Assembly: GCF_000143415.4 (NCBI RefSeq)
Contig: NW_003314291.1
Location: forward strand, 1-64,000
Origin: Selaginella moellendorffii
Taxonomy: Eukaryota; Plantae; Lycopodiophyta
Direction: 5' to 3'
DNA: 64,000 nucleotides
Shown here: piece after piece, positions 38,774-50,377 of the stretch
Layout of the letters: the number at the start of each line of letters is the position of its first letter
How positions within the stretch are numbered: position 1 is the first letter of the stretch
Translations under genes and position numbers: made by a program
Notes under the pieces: generated by a model
What the model was told of the DNA's origin: nothing
Database searches by the model: none
Seen by the model: only the letters and a program-made list of their open reading frames with translations

Positions 38774-41700
38774 AATGAGGTATGTGATCTAGTCCCTAGC
38801 TCAAAGTTACTCATTACGCGAGCAACTTTGGTAGAGAGTCGTTCGTGACATCTACTAGCCCTCCAAGGGAAGCTCGGGGGTAGCTTTGTTAAGATCCTTA
38901 TTGACACGGGTGCTTCGGACAATTTTGTGGCTGCAGACATAGTCCGGCAAGCCGGACTAACGGTGCAGCGGCTAGGTGGACCAAGGACCATAGAGTTTGT
39001 TCAAGGTAGCCAAAGCACCGATGAGGTACTTCGACAAGTGAAAGTCGAAGTAGGGACTTGGAAAGTAGACATGGACTTCACCGTGTTGGACATGGCGGGA
39101 TTTGACGTGATCTTCGGGATGGACTGATTCAATCGGTTCGTGGTAGCCTTACATGAACAAGGTAGGAACCTTGTGGTATTGGCGAATGCCCAAGGGAGAA
39201 GATCCAGGGTGGAGGCCCAGGATCTAAAGGTAGGGCAATGCAAGGCCAAAGAATCGTGCCTAAACCTGGTGTCCACGAGAGGACAACTCACTAAAGGGAC
39301 AAAGGCTGCATTTTTGTGCTTACTCTCGGTGAGAAGTGACAAAAAGACAGGAACGGAAGAAGTACCTTTAGTGATCCAGCGGGTGTTGGACCAATTCCAG
39401 GATACCATGCCGGAGGAGCTACCGGCGGGGTTGCCCCCCGCACGACCGATAGAACATAAAATTGAGCTGGTCAAGGGTGCTGAGGCAGTGGTTCATCCAC
39501 CCTATCGTTTGAACGAAAAAGAACTCACGGAGCTCAAGCGCCAACTAGAGGAGTTGGTGGACAAGGGGTATGTTAGGTTGAGCAAATCGTCGTATGGGGC
39601 GCCGGTGCTATTTGTGAAAAAGAAAGATGGATCTATGCGCATGTGCATAGACTACCAGTTGCTCAACAAATATACAAAGAAGAACAAGTACCCTTTGCCA
39701 AGGATTGAGGACCTGTTCGATAGGTTGGGAAAGGCAAAATACTTCTCGAGGATTGACCTAAGGTCAGGATACTACCAGATTAGGGTAGCAGAGGAAGATG
39801 TCGAGAAGACAACCTGTCGAACGAGGTATGGGAGCTTCGAGTTTTTGGTGATGCCCTTCGAGCTATGCGATGCACCGGCAACGTTTTTGGCGTTGATGAA
39901 CCATATCTTTGTACCCTATCTGGATCACTTTGTGGTCGTCTATATTGATGACATCCTGATCTATAGCGAAACGCTAGAGGAGCATGCCGAACACTTGACG
40001 AAGGTGTTTGAGAAACTAAGGGAACACCAGCTGTATGCTAAAGAGAGCAAATGTGATTTTGCTCAACAAGAGGTAAAGTTTTTCGGGCATGTGGTGGGCA
40101 AGGACGGGCTCAAGGTGGACCCTGAGAAGGTCCAAGCGATCCAGGATTGGGAGCGACCATCGAATGTACACGAGTTAAGGGCATTCTTGGGGCTATGCAA
40201 CTACTATCGAAAGTTTATCAAACACTATTCAAGAGTAGCCCTGCCCTTAACGGACCAAACGGGAAAAGGGAAGATGGTATGGACAGCGGAATGTGAGGCG
40301 GCATTCGTCCACCTCAAGGGGAAGTTGAGGAAGGCCCCCGTGTTGGCATTACCAGACTTTAGTAAGGACTTTGAGGTAAAAACTGATGCTTCAGACTTTG
40401 CGTTGGGCGCAGTTTTGAAGCAAGACAACCATCCAGTAGCGTTCTTCTCGAAGAAGTTGGACAAGGCTCAACGGAAGTGGCCTGCCCACGAGAAGGAATT
40501 GTTTGCGGTGGTCAAGGCACTCAAGGAGTGGCGACACTACCTTGGGAGACACTTCAAGGTTTACACGAACAATGTGGCAACGAAACACTTCTTGTCACAG
40601 CCCGACCTGAGGGGAAAACAAGGTCGGTGGGCCAATGCTTTAGCCGAGTTTGATTGCGAGATTCTGTACAAGCCTGGGAAGAGCAACATTGTGGCAGATG
40701 TGCTAAGTCGAAAAGCGAGCTTGAAGTTGGCGATATCTAGCACGACAGCAACCTTTTGGGATAATGTGCGGACCGCATATGAGAACGATGGTCTAGCACA
40801 AGAAGTGTTGCTGAGGAATCTAGAGGCACGGGAAGCTCACCAAAGAGGTGAGTTGCCAACGGAAGAGAAAACGGGCTATGCGGAACGCAACGGACTCATA
40901 TATTACAAGTGTAAGCTCCTGAATTTGGACTTCCCGGGAGGTCACCCAACCCAGTACTATTCAAACCCAAGGACGTTTAACCCCAAGTATCCCAAGACCC
41001 TTAACCAATTGGAAAAGGGGGTGCACTCTTGTTCATAGGCCCTTTCCCTCTATATTTGAACCCCATGGATCGTCTCTCAAGTCGTTCTCTTTGGTTGCTT
41101 ACAATCCACCATGCTTCCCTGCAAGTTCACGCCCTCGTGAACAGAAGCTGAGAGCCACAGCTCTCCCGAGAGCCCCGCTCTCTTGACACCCTACCCCTCG
41201 GGTCGAGCCCAGCGGGAGCAAACTGGACCAGCCAAATGTCAATGAACATGTGGTGCGATTCCCCTAGCCAACAAACAGAGTCGGACCCGAGACCGCTCCG
41301 ATACCAAATGTAAGCTCCTGAATTTGGACTTCCCGGGAAGTCACCCAACTATCCCAAGACCCTTAACAGATTGGAAAAGGGGGTGCACTCTTGTTCATGG
41401 GCCCTTTCCCTCTATATTTGAACCCCTATGGATCATCTCTCAAGTCATTCCTTTTGGTTGCTTACAACAAGCAAACGAGGGTGTATGTCCCAGAAGGGGA
41501 ACTAAGGAAGGTAGCCTTAGAGGAGTGTCATGATGGACCTCTTGCAGGACACGGCGGAGTGCCCAAGACGATGGGCTTACTCAAGAGGAAGTATCATTGG
41601 CCAGATATGGCTAAGGACGTCCAAGACTATGTAAAGACATGTCCAACGTGTCAGCAGGTCAAAGCTGTGACTAAGGCTAGTGGGGGCTTGTTGCAAAGCA

Positions 41701-42890
41701 TCCCAATTCCAGATCATCCGTAGAAATGTCTTACGATGGACTTCATCACGGGACTCCCTCCAAGCGAGGGGTTCAATGCAATATTCGTGGTGGTGGATCG
41801 ATTTTTGAAAATGGCACATTTCATACCCACCACAACAGAAGTGGATGCGGAAGGGGTGGCGAAGCTGTTCTTCGAACAAATGGTTCGAGTGCGGGGAAGG
41901 CCAGAAGAGATTATCTCAGATCGAGATAAGATCTTCACTAGTAGGTTCTGGAGGACCCTCCTAGAACAGTATTGCACCAAGCTGAAATTCAGCACCACCT
42001 ATCACCCACAGACAAGTAATGGGTATCAAGTCAAGATTGATGGCACTAACACTTCTTGACAAACGGACAAACGGAAAGGGTGAATAGGCAGCTAGAGGAT
42101 TATTTGCGATGCTATGTCTCGGGAGACCAGACCGATTGGGTAAGTCATTTGGGACTTGCGAAAATGTGTTATAACAACTCACCACATTTGAGCATCGGAG
42201 TGAGTCCATGGGAAGTCATCAATGGGCAAGCTATTGAAGGTCCCGTGGAGCTTGGTGTGGCCGAGTATCATGGAGAGTTACCCGCAGTGGAGGCATTCAC
42301 GGCAGAAAGACTCAACATTTGGAATCTAGTGAGGGATTCCTTGGAACGGGCTCAACAAAGGCAAACCAAGTACGCGAACCAAAAGCGCCGGGACGTAGAG
42401 TTCCAAACTGGGGAGAAGGTGTGGCTGAACACCAAGAACCTCAAGCTACCAAGTGGGATCAGCCGGAAGTTGACCCAAAGGTAAAATGCATGTATTCCTG
42501 TAAATGAATTGATCTTGAGTTCCTTAAGCAGGTTCGCGGGGCCTTATGAGATTGAGGCTCGAATCGGTAAAATGGCTTATTGTCTCCGACTTCCTCGAGA
42601 GATGGGGAAGATGCACCCTGTGTTCCACGTGAACTTACTCAAGCCGTACTTTGAGGATCTGCTTCGCAAGGACCAAGTAAGGCCTTTACCTGAGGTTATC
42701 CAAGGGGAAGAGGAATACGAAGTCGAGGCTATCCTCAATGCGCGCAGGAGCAAGTGACAAGGACGCGAGGTGAGAGAGTTCCATGTGAAGTGGAAAGGAT
42801 TTCCACACTGCGAAGCAACATGGGAACCGGAGAAGAACCTAGCGAACGCGCGAGATTTAGTGGAGGAATTTCTGCAAGGCAGAATTCTAT
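38774..42890 (+). pseudogene. pol: pol: protease-RT-RNase H-integrase-chromodomain, interrupted by a Cassandra insertion and two intron-like inserts
   Basis: [34 protein letters not shown] region (CHD..GH..CPTC), SDRD, HPQT/NGQTERVN, RFAGPY, EEYEVEAIL..VKWKGF..ATWEPE. Confidence 0.93.
40910..41466 (-). mobile_element. Cassandra TRIM (5S-bearing LTRs), monomer
   Basis: LTRs 40910-41103 and 41309-41466 (second has a ~36-bp deletion); TSD ACAAG; Met PBS and PPT. Removing it restores pol (IYYK-QTRVYVPEG). Confidence 0.93.
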
Positions 42891-43075
42891 GTACTTATGC
42901 AAAATTCAATTAAAAGTATCAATTGGTGAAGTTGAGCAATGGCATATGTTGAGACCCGAAGGCGCGCCGAAGGTAAGCTAATTAGCATGGGTTAGCGAGG
43001 TCGACCAGGCGTAGGGAGCTACGCCCGACTCCCTGCGGGGATGTCGAATCCGTAGACGTATTCTACGGAGGTTGG

Positions 43076-44565
43076 TGTAAGCTCCTGAGTTTGGACTTCC
43101 CGGGAGGTCACCCAACCCAGTACTATTCAAACCCAAGGATGCTTAACCCCAACTATCCCAAGACCCTTAACCGATTGGAAAAGAAGGTGCACTCTTGTTC
43201 ATGGGCCCTTTCCCTCTATATTTGAACCCCATAGATCGTCTCTCAAGTCGTTCTTTTTGGTTGCTTACAATCCACCACGCTTCCCTGCAAGTTCACGCCC
43301 TCGTGAACGGAAGCTGAGAGCCACAGCTCTCCCGAGAGCCCCGCTCTCTTGACACCCTACCCCTCGGGTCGAGCCCAGCGGGAGCAAACTGGACCAGCCA
43401 GATGTCAATCAACATGTGGTGCGATTCCCCTAAGCCAACCAACAGAGTCGGACCTGAGACCGGGTCGAGCCCAGCAGGAGCAAACTGGACCAGCCAGATG
43501 TCAATCAACATGTGGTGCGATTCCCCTAAGCCAACCAACAGAGTCGGACCTGAGACCGCTCCGATACCAAATGTAAGCTCCTGAATTTGGACTTCCCGGG
43601 AGGTCACCCAACCCAGTACTATTCAAACCCAAGGACACTTAACCCCAAGTATCCCAAGACCCTTAACCGATTGGAAAAGGGGGTGCACTCTTATTCATGG
43701 GCCCTTTCCCTCTATATTTGAACCCCATGGATCGTCTCTCAAGTCGTTCTCTTTGGTTGCTTATAATCCACCACGCTTCCCTGCACGTTCACGCCCTCGT
43801 GAATGGAAGCTGAGAGCCACAGCTCTCCCGAGAGCCCCGCTCTCTTGACACCCTACCCCTCGGGTCGAGCCCAGCGGGAGAAAACTGGACCAACCAGATG
43901 TCAATCAACATGTGGTGCGATTCCCCTAAGCTAACCAACAGAGTCGGACCTGAGACCGCTCTGATACCAAATGTAAGCTCCTGAATTTGGACTTCCCGGG
44001 AGGTCACCCAACCCAATACTATTCAAACCCAAGGACGTTTAACCCCAACTATCCCAAGACCCTTAACCGATTGGAAAAGGGGGTGCACTCTTGTTCATGG
44101 GCCCTTTCCCTCTATATTTGAACCTCATGGATCGTCTCTCAAGTCATTCTCTTTGGTTGCTTACAATCCACCACGCTTCCCTGCAAGTTCACGCCCTCGT
44201 GAACGGAAGCTGAGAGCCACAGCTCTCCCGAGAGCCCCGCTCTCTTGACACCCTACCCCTCGGGTCGAGCCCAGCGGGAGCAAACTGGACCAGCCAGATG
44301 TCAATCAACATGTGGTGCGATTCCCCTAAGCTAACCAACAGAGTCGGACTCGAGACCGCTCCGATACCAAATGTAAGCTTCTGAATTTGGACTTCCCAGA
44401 AGGTCACCCAACCCAGTACTATTCAAACCCAAGGACACTTAACCCCAAGTATCCCAAGACCCTTAACCAATTGGAAAAGGGGGTGCACTCTTATTTATGG
44501 GCCCTTTCCCTCTATATTTGAACCCCATGGATCGTCTCTTAAGTCGTTCTCTTTGGTTGCTTATA
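43076..44565 (-). mobile_element. Cassandra TRIM tandem array (4 LTRs, 3 internal domains)
   Basis: LTRs start at 43076, 43572, 43972 and 44372 (194 bp each); TSD GTTGG; the first internal domain has a ~95-bp duplication. Confidence 0.94.
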
Positions 44566-47500
44566 GTTGGGTTCGAGTTCCAACCCCCTAGTAAAGCAAG
44601 GCTAGGTTCAAGTCCTGACCCCATACTAGGGCGTGGTGAAGTGAGGAGTATAGGGACACCTATATTCCGTTGTCATGAGCTCTTGGCCGGGGAGGCTAAC
44701 TTAGGCACACCGCTAAGTGGGGGGATGCCCCAGGAGACATGGTCAACAAGTCGTAGGATAAAAAAGAGAGACGTTCGATGTAGGCATCGAACTTCTTCTA
44801 TAGGTGGTAGAGTTGTAAGGAACCAACTCGCCGAGGTGTCGTAGGCTAAAGGAACCCCGAAAGCATGACCAAAATGACAAAGAGTTCATCGGATGGGACC
44901 AAGTCGAAGATCGAGTCCAAGACCGACTCTGAGACCGAGTTTGAGATAGAGTCCGGAATCGAGTCCGAGGCCGACTCGGGGACCGAGTTCAAGACCAAGT
45001 TCGAGACCGAGTTTGAGACGGAGTCCGAGATCCGAAATCGGGTCCGAGACCGAGTCCGAGGTCGAGTCCGAGGTCGAGTCCGAGATCGGGTCCGAGATCG
45101 AGTCCGAAATCGAGTCCGAGACCGAATCCGAAGTCGGATCCGAAATCAAGTCCGAGATCGAGCTAGAGACTAAGTCCAAATACTAATACGGGGGTCAAGG
45201 GGTGAAAGCCCAAAGCGTGCGTCTCCCAGGGGGGGGGGGGGGGGGGGGGGGGGGCCCCTCCCGGGGGTTCCCAAAATTTTTTAGGGATTGGGAAGCCCCG
45301 GAATCTTTTTTGAGGGGCCTCCCCCGGGGGGCTTCCCAACCCATTTTGGGTTGAAACTGGGCCCCGGGGGCCTTGGGGGGGAAGGAACATGGATTTGGTT
45401 GGGGCCAAAGGGGCCATCCAAGGAAGTGCTCAAGAGCAACTTCCACTCTCGAAAGGGAAACTGATTGCAATGCTCCTGGCTCATGTGCAGTGGTGCCCCA
45501 CTTGAGTACCATGCGGCTCATTGGTCCTCGCCCTTCCTAGGGGCTTGGGCCTTCCTTCGGGATGGAAGTGGGGGGGTAGAGGTACCCATACCGGGCCGCT
45601 AGGACACGGTGTTTCGCCCCGGCATCCCGAAGCAAGTGTTTCACTCAAGACTTGGGATTTAGAGGGTCCCATGATCAAGTCTTGTGGTACCAAGGGATGT
45701 TAGGAACCTGGAAGCTTGGTGTGCTTGGCTGCTTGTGCTTGCGGGGAGTGTAGCCGAACCTTAAGTCCAGTCTAACCCAGGGAGGGGGATTGGGAGTGAT
45801 TTGGGAATTCGAGGATGGATGGCTAACACTCCGTTGCTCGTGCAGTGAGTAGCTGAAACCAAGTAGGAGCTGGTACCATAGGCGAGAACCTTGGCAAGGG
45901 AACTTAGCAAAAGCCAAGGCAATGGTGGACGGATAGACAAGGTAAGCTGGCAAATTGGAAAGGAAAAATTTGTGGCTTACACTTTTGAGCCTTGTAAACC
46001 TCGTCAAGAAAAGGTAAATCTTGCTTTGCACCTTGTGGATACTAAACATTAAGTACAACAACTGCAAATGGCATGGAATCCTCATCCAAAAAATCTACAA
46101 ATACTGGAATAATAAGTTCATTAGAAATATGAGAAGAGAATGAAGAAAGAAGAGGAGCTCAAAAAGGGCATCAACATCAACCATAAAACTCTTTTTTCAT
46201 GAATGTGATTGTGGCTATCGAAAGTTATCTATTGGCTAATCCTTTCAGATATTCTTTCCTTACTGCCACAATAGCAAAAAGTATTGTTGGACCATTTATC
46301 AATCCCTCTTGTTTAAGTGTTAGTAAACTTGATTTAGCATTTGTACTTAGCCAGACAAGCATAAGGAAGGAATTCTTAAATGTCTATTTAGCCAAGTATA
46401 CTTAACACGGCTTGTTAGTTTGTTTTTACTCTATCTTGCACCGGCTTGACAAGAAACCCCACGAGATTTAGTTTGGTCTCTTAATATTGCTAGATGATAG
46501 CTTACTATGTTTGCCAAACACCCTTGCTATCATGCCCTTTGTGTTAGTCTTATTCAGTCCTAATTGCTATTTATAGAAAGTGTCTAAATTTGTTAATTTA
46601 TCATATCTATAGAATGTAAAGATTATCCTAAACACAATGGTGTTAGTCTTGTGTCCAAATTTGCAATTTAATGTCATTCCATATATAGTAAGTTTCCAAC
46701 TTATCCTAAAGACTAACTCTTGGTACTAAGGGTGACTAGATGTGAAAGCCCAAAGCATACATTCCTCAAGCGGGGGGGGGGAGGGGGGGTGCATATATCT
46801 AAATGTATAATAAGGATAGTGGGTAGGTTAGGGCATAGTTAACCAATCTTAGGTATTGTCTAGCTTGTGTGTCTATCCTTAATCTATGTCTAGCTTGGGT
46901 TTAAGCCCAAATTCTACACCATGCTAGCTAGTGGAGTACCCATCCTCGCATTAGGCTACTAATATACTAAAATAACACTATACTCTGTTTAACTCTATTT
47001 TGTATACTAGTCTTGGTATTGGGATGTTGGATGCTCTAGGATTATTTTAGCGTCACTCCATGCTCCTGTCCTTTTCCTCATTGGGTTGAACACTCAAGAG
47101 TCACTTTGTGCTCCAATTCCTTCGCTTCTTGGATGCAAGCTTGGGAGTTTGGCTCCATACCTTCATTCAATGGCCTAAGGTCTTGAAACTCAAGTTCCAC
47201 TCCATTATCCTTAGATATATGGTATATAGTATATATTTGGCACATAGAGGGTTTAGGTTCTACTTTATAGTTATCATATGGTAAGTCATTATAGGATAAA
47301 GGGTGAAAACCACGTAGACTATATTTAGTATTAAAGGAAGTGAGTACTATCCAATGAGATTGGGCAACTAGTCTCATTACAAACACAAAGATGAAAATGA
47401 TCTGAGTGGGTCATGTTTGAGTGCTATGACTTTGCATTTGTTCCTTGGGTATAGATTTTGGTTACCTTTTGTACCATATTATGTGAGTTTGCATTTGGGC

Positions 47501-49579
47501 TCATAGGATGGATTAAAATGTTGCGTTTGCACGAGTTTGTGCTTGGGCTTGTGAATTGAGTCTTAGATGTGGTGATTCACTCCTTGATAAAGTGTTATTT
47601 GTAAAGTATTATTGAAGGATTAGTCTCGAACACTGAGTAAGGTATTTTCGACTTTAGTTAGCTCAATTGCTAGAAAGCTTTGAGTGGTGATTTACTTTTA
47701 CTTTCTTTTAGCTTTGTTTTAATGTTAATGGCATTGAAGTGATGTTTTGTCGTTAACATTGTTGATATGCCCAAAACTAATATGTGAAATATAACTAAAC
47801 ACAGTTGATTGTCTAATGTAAAAATATAGATATTTCACCAAGTCTTAACCTATAAGGGAATGGAATTAAACTTCCAAGCATATAACGAATGAGTAAAAGA
47901 AAAGTATGGAACAATATTGGAATAGTCTTAAAGCATTTTAGTTAAGACTTGTGTGAAATAAGATGTCTTTTGAAGGATTGATATTGAGTTTCATTAATCT
48001 TGATAAAGATAATGTTGATGATTTGGCTGTAGCTTTATGTTAGCATTTGTGTATTGTTAGTTAACAACTGTGTTGGCATTCTAACAAGCTAAGTAGCAAG
48101 TTTTAGTTAGTTATGTTCTAAATGAGACTATTTAGTAGGAGTTGAGCTTTGGCTTTCCCTTGAAATGTGATTTAATCATGGACTATGCTAGCTTTATAAA
48201 AGGAAGAGTTAGTGATTAATATTATAATTAGTGATTCTTTATTGGATTTAAGTTAAAATGTATTGATTATTGATGATTTTTCTTGTGCTTATTATGAAGT
48301 GAGTTATGTCTTGCTATAAATGGATTTATGGAGGATTGGTTGATGATCACTTGTTGAGTATATCTTCATTTTGCTTAATTTTTGAATTGATGTAAATATG
48401 TTTTTCATTAGCTTTAGCATTAAGAAGTTTAGATTCTACATGTGTTGAGGAGGATATTATGGGTTATACTATAATTCTTTTTTGGCATTGCAGTTGGTTT
48501 ATGCGAGACTCATGAGCATTGTTAGGTAAGACTTGGTTATAAACTTCTTCGAGTTTTTGGTTCTTTAAGTTTTATGCTTATTGTTCCATTTGTTAATTAT
48601 TGGGGAAGGCATTTTGGCTCATTAGTTTTGATATTGAAGTTAATATTTACATCTAGCAATCATTGGTCATGATTGACTATTATTTATGATAGTTGACTAT
48701 CCTTATCAAAAGGTTTTGCTATACTATTGTTGATATTGAATGATTTACCATTATTCTAGATGATAGATTATTTCTTCAATAATGATTATACATATCTTTA
48801 TTGATGGGATAATTGAAGATCTTTCATGATGGTTAATTATTCTCTTTGATAGCTTATGGCTTTTCACATTACCATATGTTCTTTATGGTTTGCTCTAAAT
48901 TGGTCTTTTGGGTTTGAGATATCAGTAGAATATTATTGACACTTACTTGAGAACTTTAATTCCTTAGTATTGTTGACCAAGATATATTCAAATTAGCTAA
49001 TGCGATAGTTGATATGAACAAATGTTTATTTGCTTTGCAACATTCATTCTTTTGTTAATTGTTATTACAGTTGGTTCTGATAGATTGGATGCTATTTCCT
49101 TTAGGCAATACATTTGTGAGCATTTTTTTTATCAATCGATGATACTTTGTGTTCTTTGAGTTGTCTTTTGTAAATTGTTTAGCATGTTATCTATAATCTT
49201 TGGTAGTTCAGTTGGTGGTTCTTATACTTTAATACTGGTTTATCGGATGATAACTTACTTAAAATACTTTTGTGTTTTAATCTAAGATTTATTCACTGAT
49301 AATTAAGTCTCTAAAATATCATTATCTTTGACTTTGATATTATCCATCTATTGATCTTTGAATTTGGCCCAATATAAACAGACTAGCTTTAACACTTCAT
49401 ATGCATAATGAAATCTTTAGTCATAGGGTAGCTACTATCAACTGGTCATATCACCTGCCTCTCTGTCAATGTTTCTTATTCCATTCAAAAAGGCATGACC
49501 ATATAAACAACTTTAACTACCTACTTATAGTAGTCTATCTAAACCTTACCAATAGGTTTGGTTTCTTTGTTCATAAAGG

Positions 49580-50377
49580 TGTAAGCAACCAAAGGGAACG
49601 ACTCGAGAGACGATCTATAGGGGTTCAAATATAGAGGGAAAGGGCCTATGAATAAGAGTGCACCCCCTTTTCCAATCGGTTAAGGGTCTTGGGATATTTG
49701 GGGTTAAGCGTCATTGGGTGTGAATAGTACTGGGCTGGGTAACCTCCCAGGAAGTCCAAACTCAGGAGCTTACATTTGGTATCAGAGGGGTCTCGGGTCC
49801 GACTCTGTTGGTTGGCTAAGGGAATCGCACCACATGTTGATTGACATCTGGCTGGTCCAGTTTGCTCCCGCTAGGCTCGACCCGAGGGGTAGGGTGTCAA
49901 GAGAGCGGGGCTCTCGGGAGAGCTGCGGCTCTCAGCTTCCGTTCACGAGGGCGTGAACTTGCAAGGAAGCGTGGTGGATTGTAAGCAACCAAAGGGAACG
50001 ACTCGAGAGACGATCCATAGGGGTTCAAATATAGAGGGAAAGAACCCATGAATAAGATGCACCCCCTTTTCCAATCGGTTAAGGGTCTTGGGATATTTGG
50101 GGTTAAGCCCCCGCTCTCGAGAGAGCTGCGGCTCTCAGCTTCCGTTCACGAGGGCGTGAACTTGCAGGGAAGCGTGGTGGATTGTAAGCAACCAAAGGGA
50201 ACGACTTGAGAGACGATCCATAGGGGTTCAAATATAGAGAGAAAGAGCCCATGAATAAGAGTGCACCCCCTTTTCCAATCGGTTAAGGGTCTTGGGATAT
50301 TTGGGGTTAAGCGTCCTTGGGTGTGAATAGTACTGGGCTGGGTGACCTCCTGGGAAGTCCAAACTCAGGAGCTTACA
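49580..50377 (+). mobile_element. Cassandra TRIM tandem array (3 LTRs, middle unit partly deleted)
   Basis: TSD AAAGG; LTRs 49580-49774, 49980-~50108 (truncated), 50183-50377; PBS TGGTATCAGAG at 49777. Confidence 0.93.
50306..50360 (+). promoter_or_regulatory. 5S rRNA-derived Pol III internal promoter (A-box, IE, C-box) in a Cassandra LTR
   Basis: GTTAAGCGTCCTTGGGTGTGAATAGTACTGGGCTGGGTGACCTCCTGGGAAGTCC aligns to plant 5S GTTAAGCGTGCTTGGGCGAGAGTAGTACTAGGATGGGTGACCTCCTGGGAAGTCC. Confidence 0.9.

Larger units (their letters stand above)
36394..45981 (+). mobile_element. Full-length Ty3/gypsy chromovirus-type LTR retrotransposon (inactivated)
   Basis: LTRs 36394-37520 and 44814-45981 (TGTAAGG...CTTACA); TSD CTTTT (36389-93, 45982-86); PBS TGGTATCAGAG at 37524; PPT AGGTGGTAGAGT before 44814. 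Confidence 0.96.

Noticed and set aside
43076-44565. Possible 5S rDNA array or CRISPR-like array
   Set aside because: Only ~55 nt of 5S similarity, inside TG..CA LTRs with PBS, PPT and TSD; the spacers are near-identical. This is Cassandra.
45228-45415. Local burst of divergence between the chromovirus LTRs
   Set aside because: It follows a long poly-G run and shows homopolymer-type errors; probably poor read quality, so it should be excluded from LTR dating.
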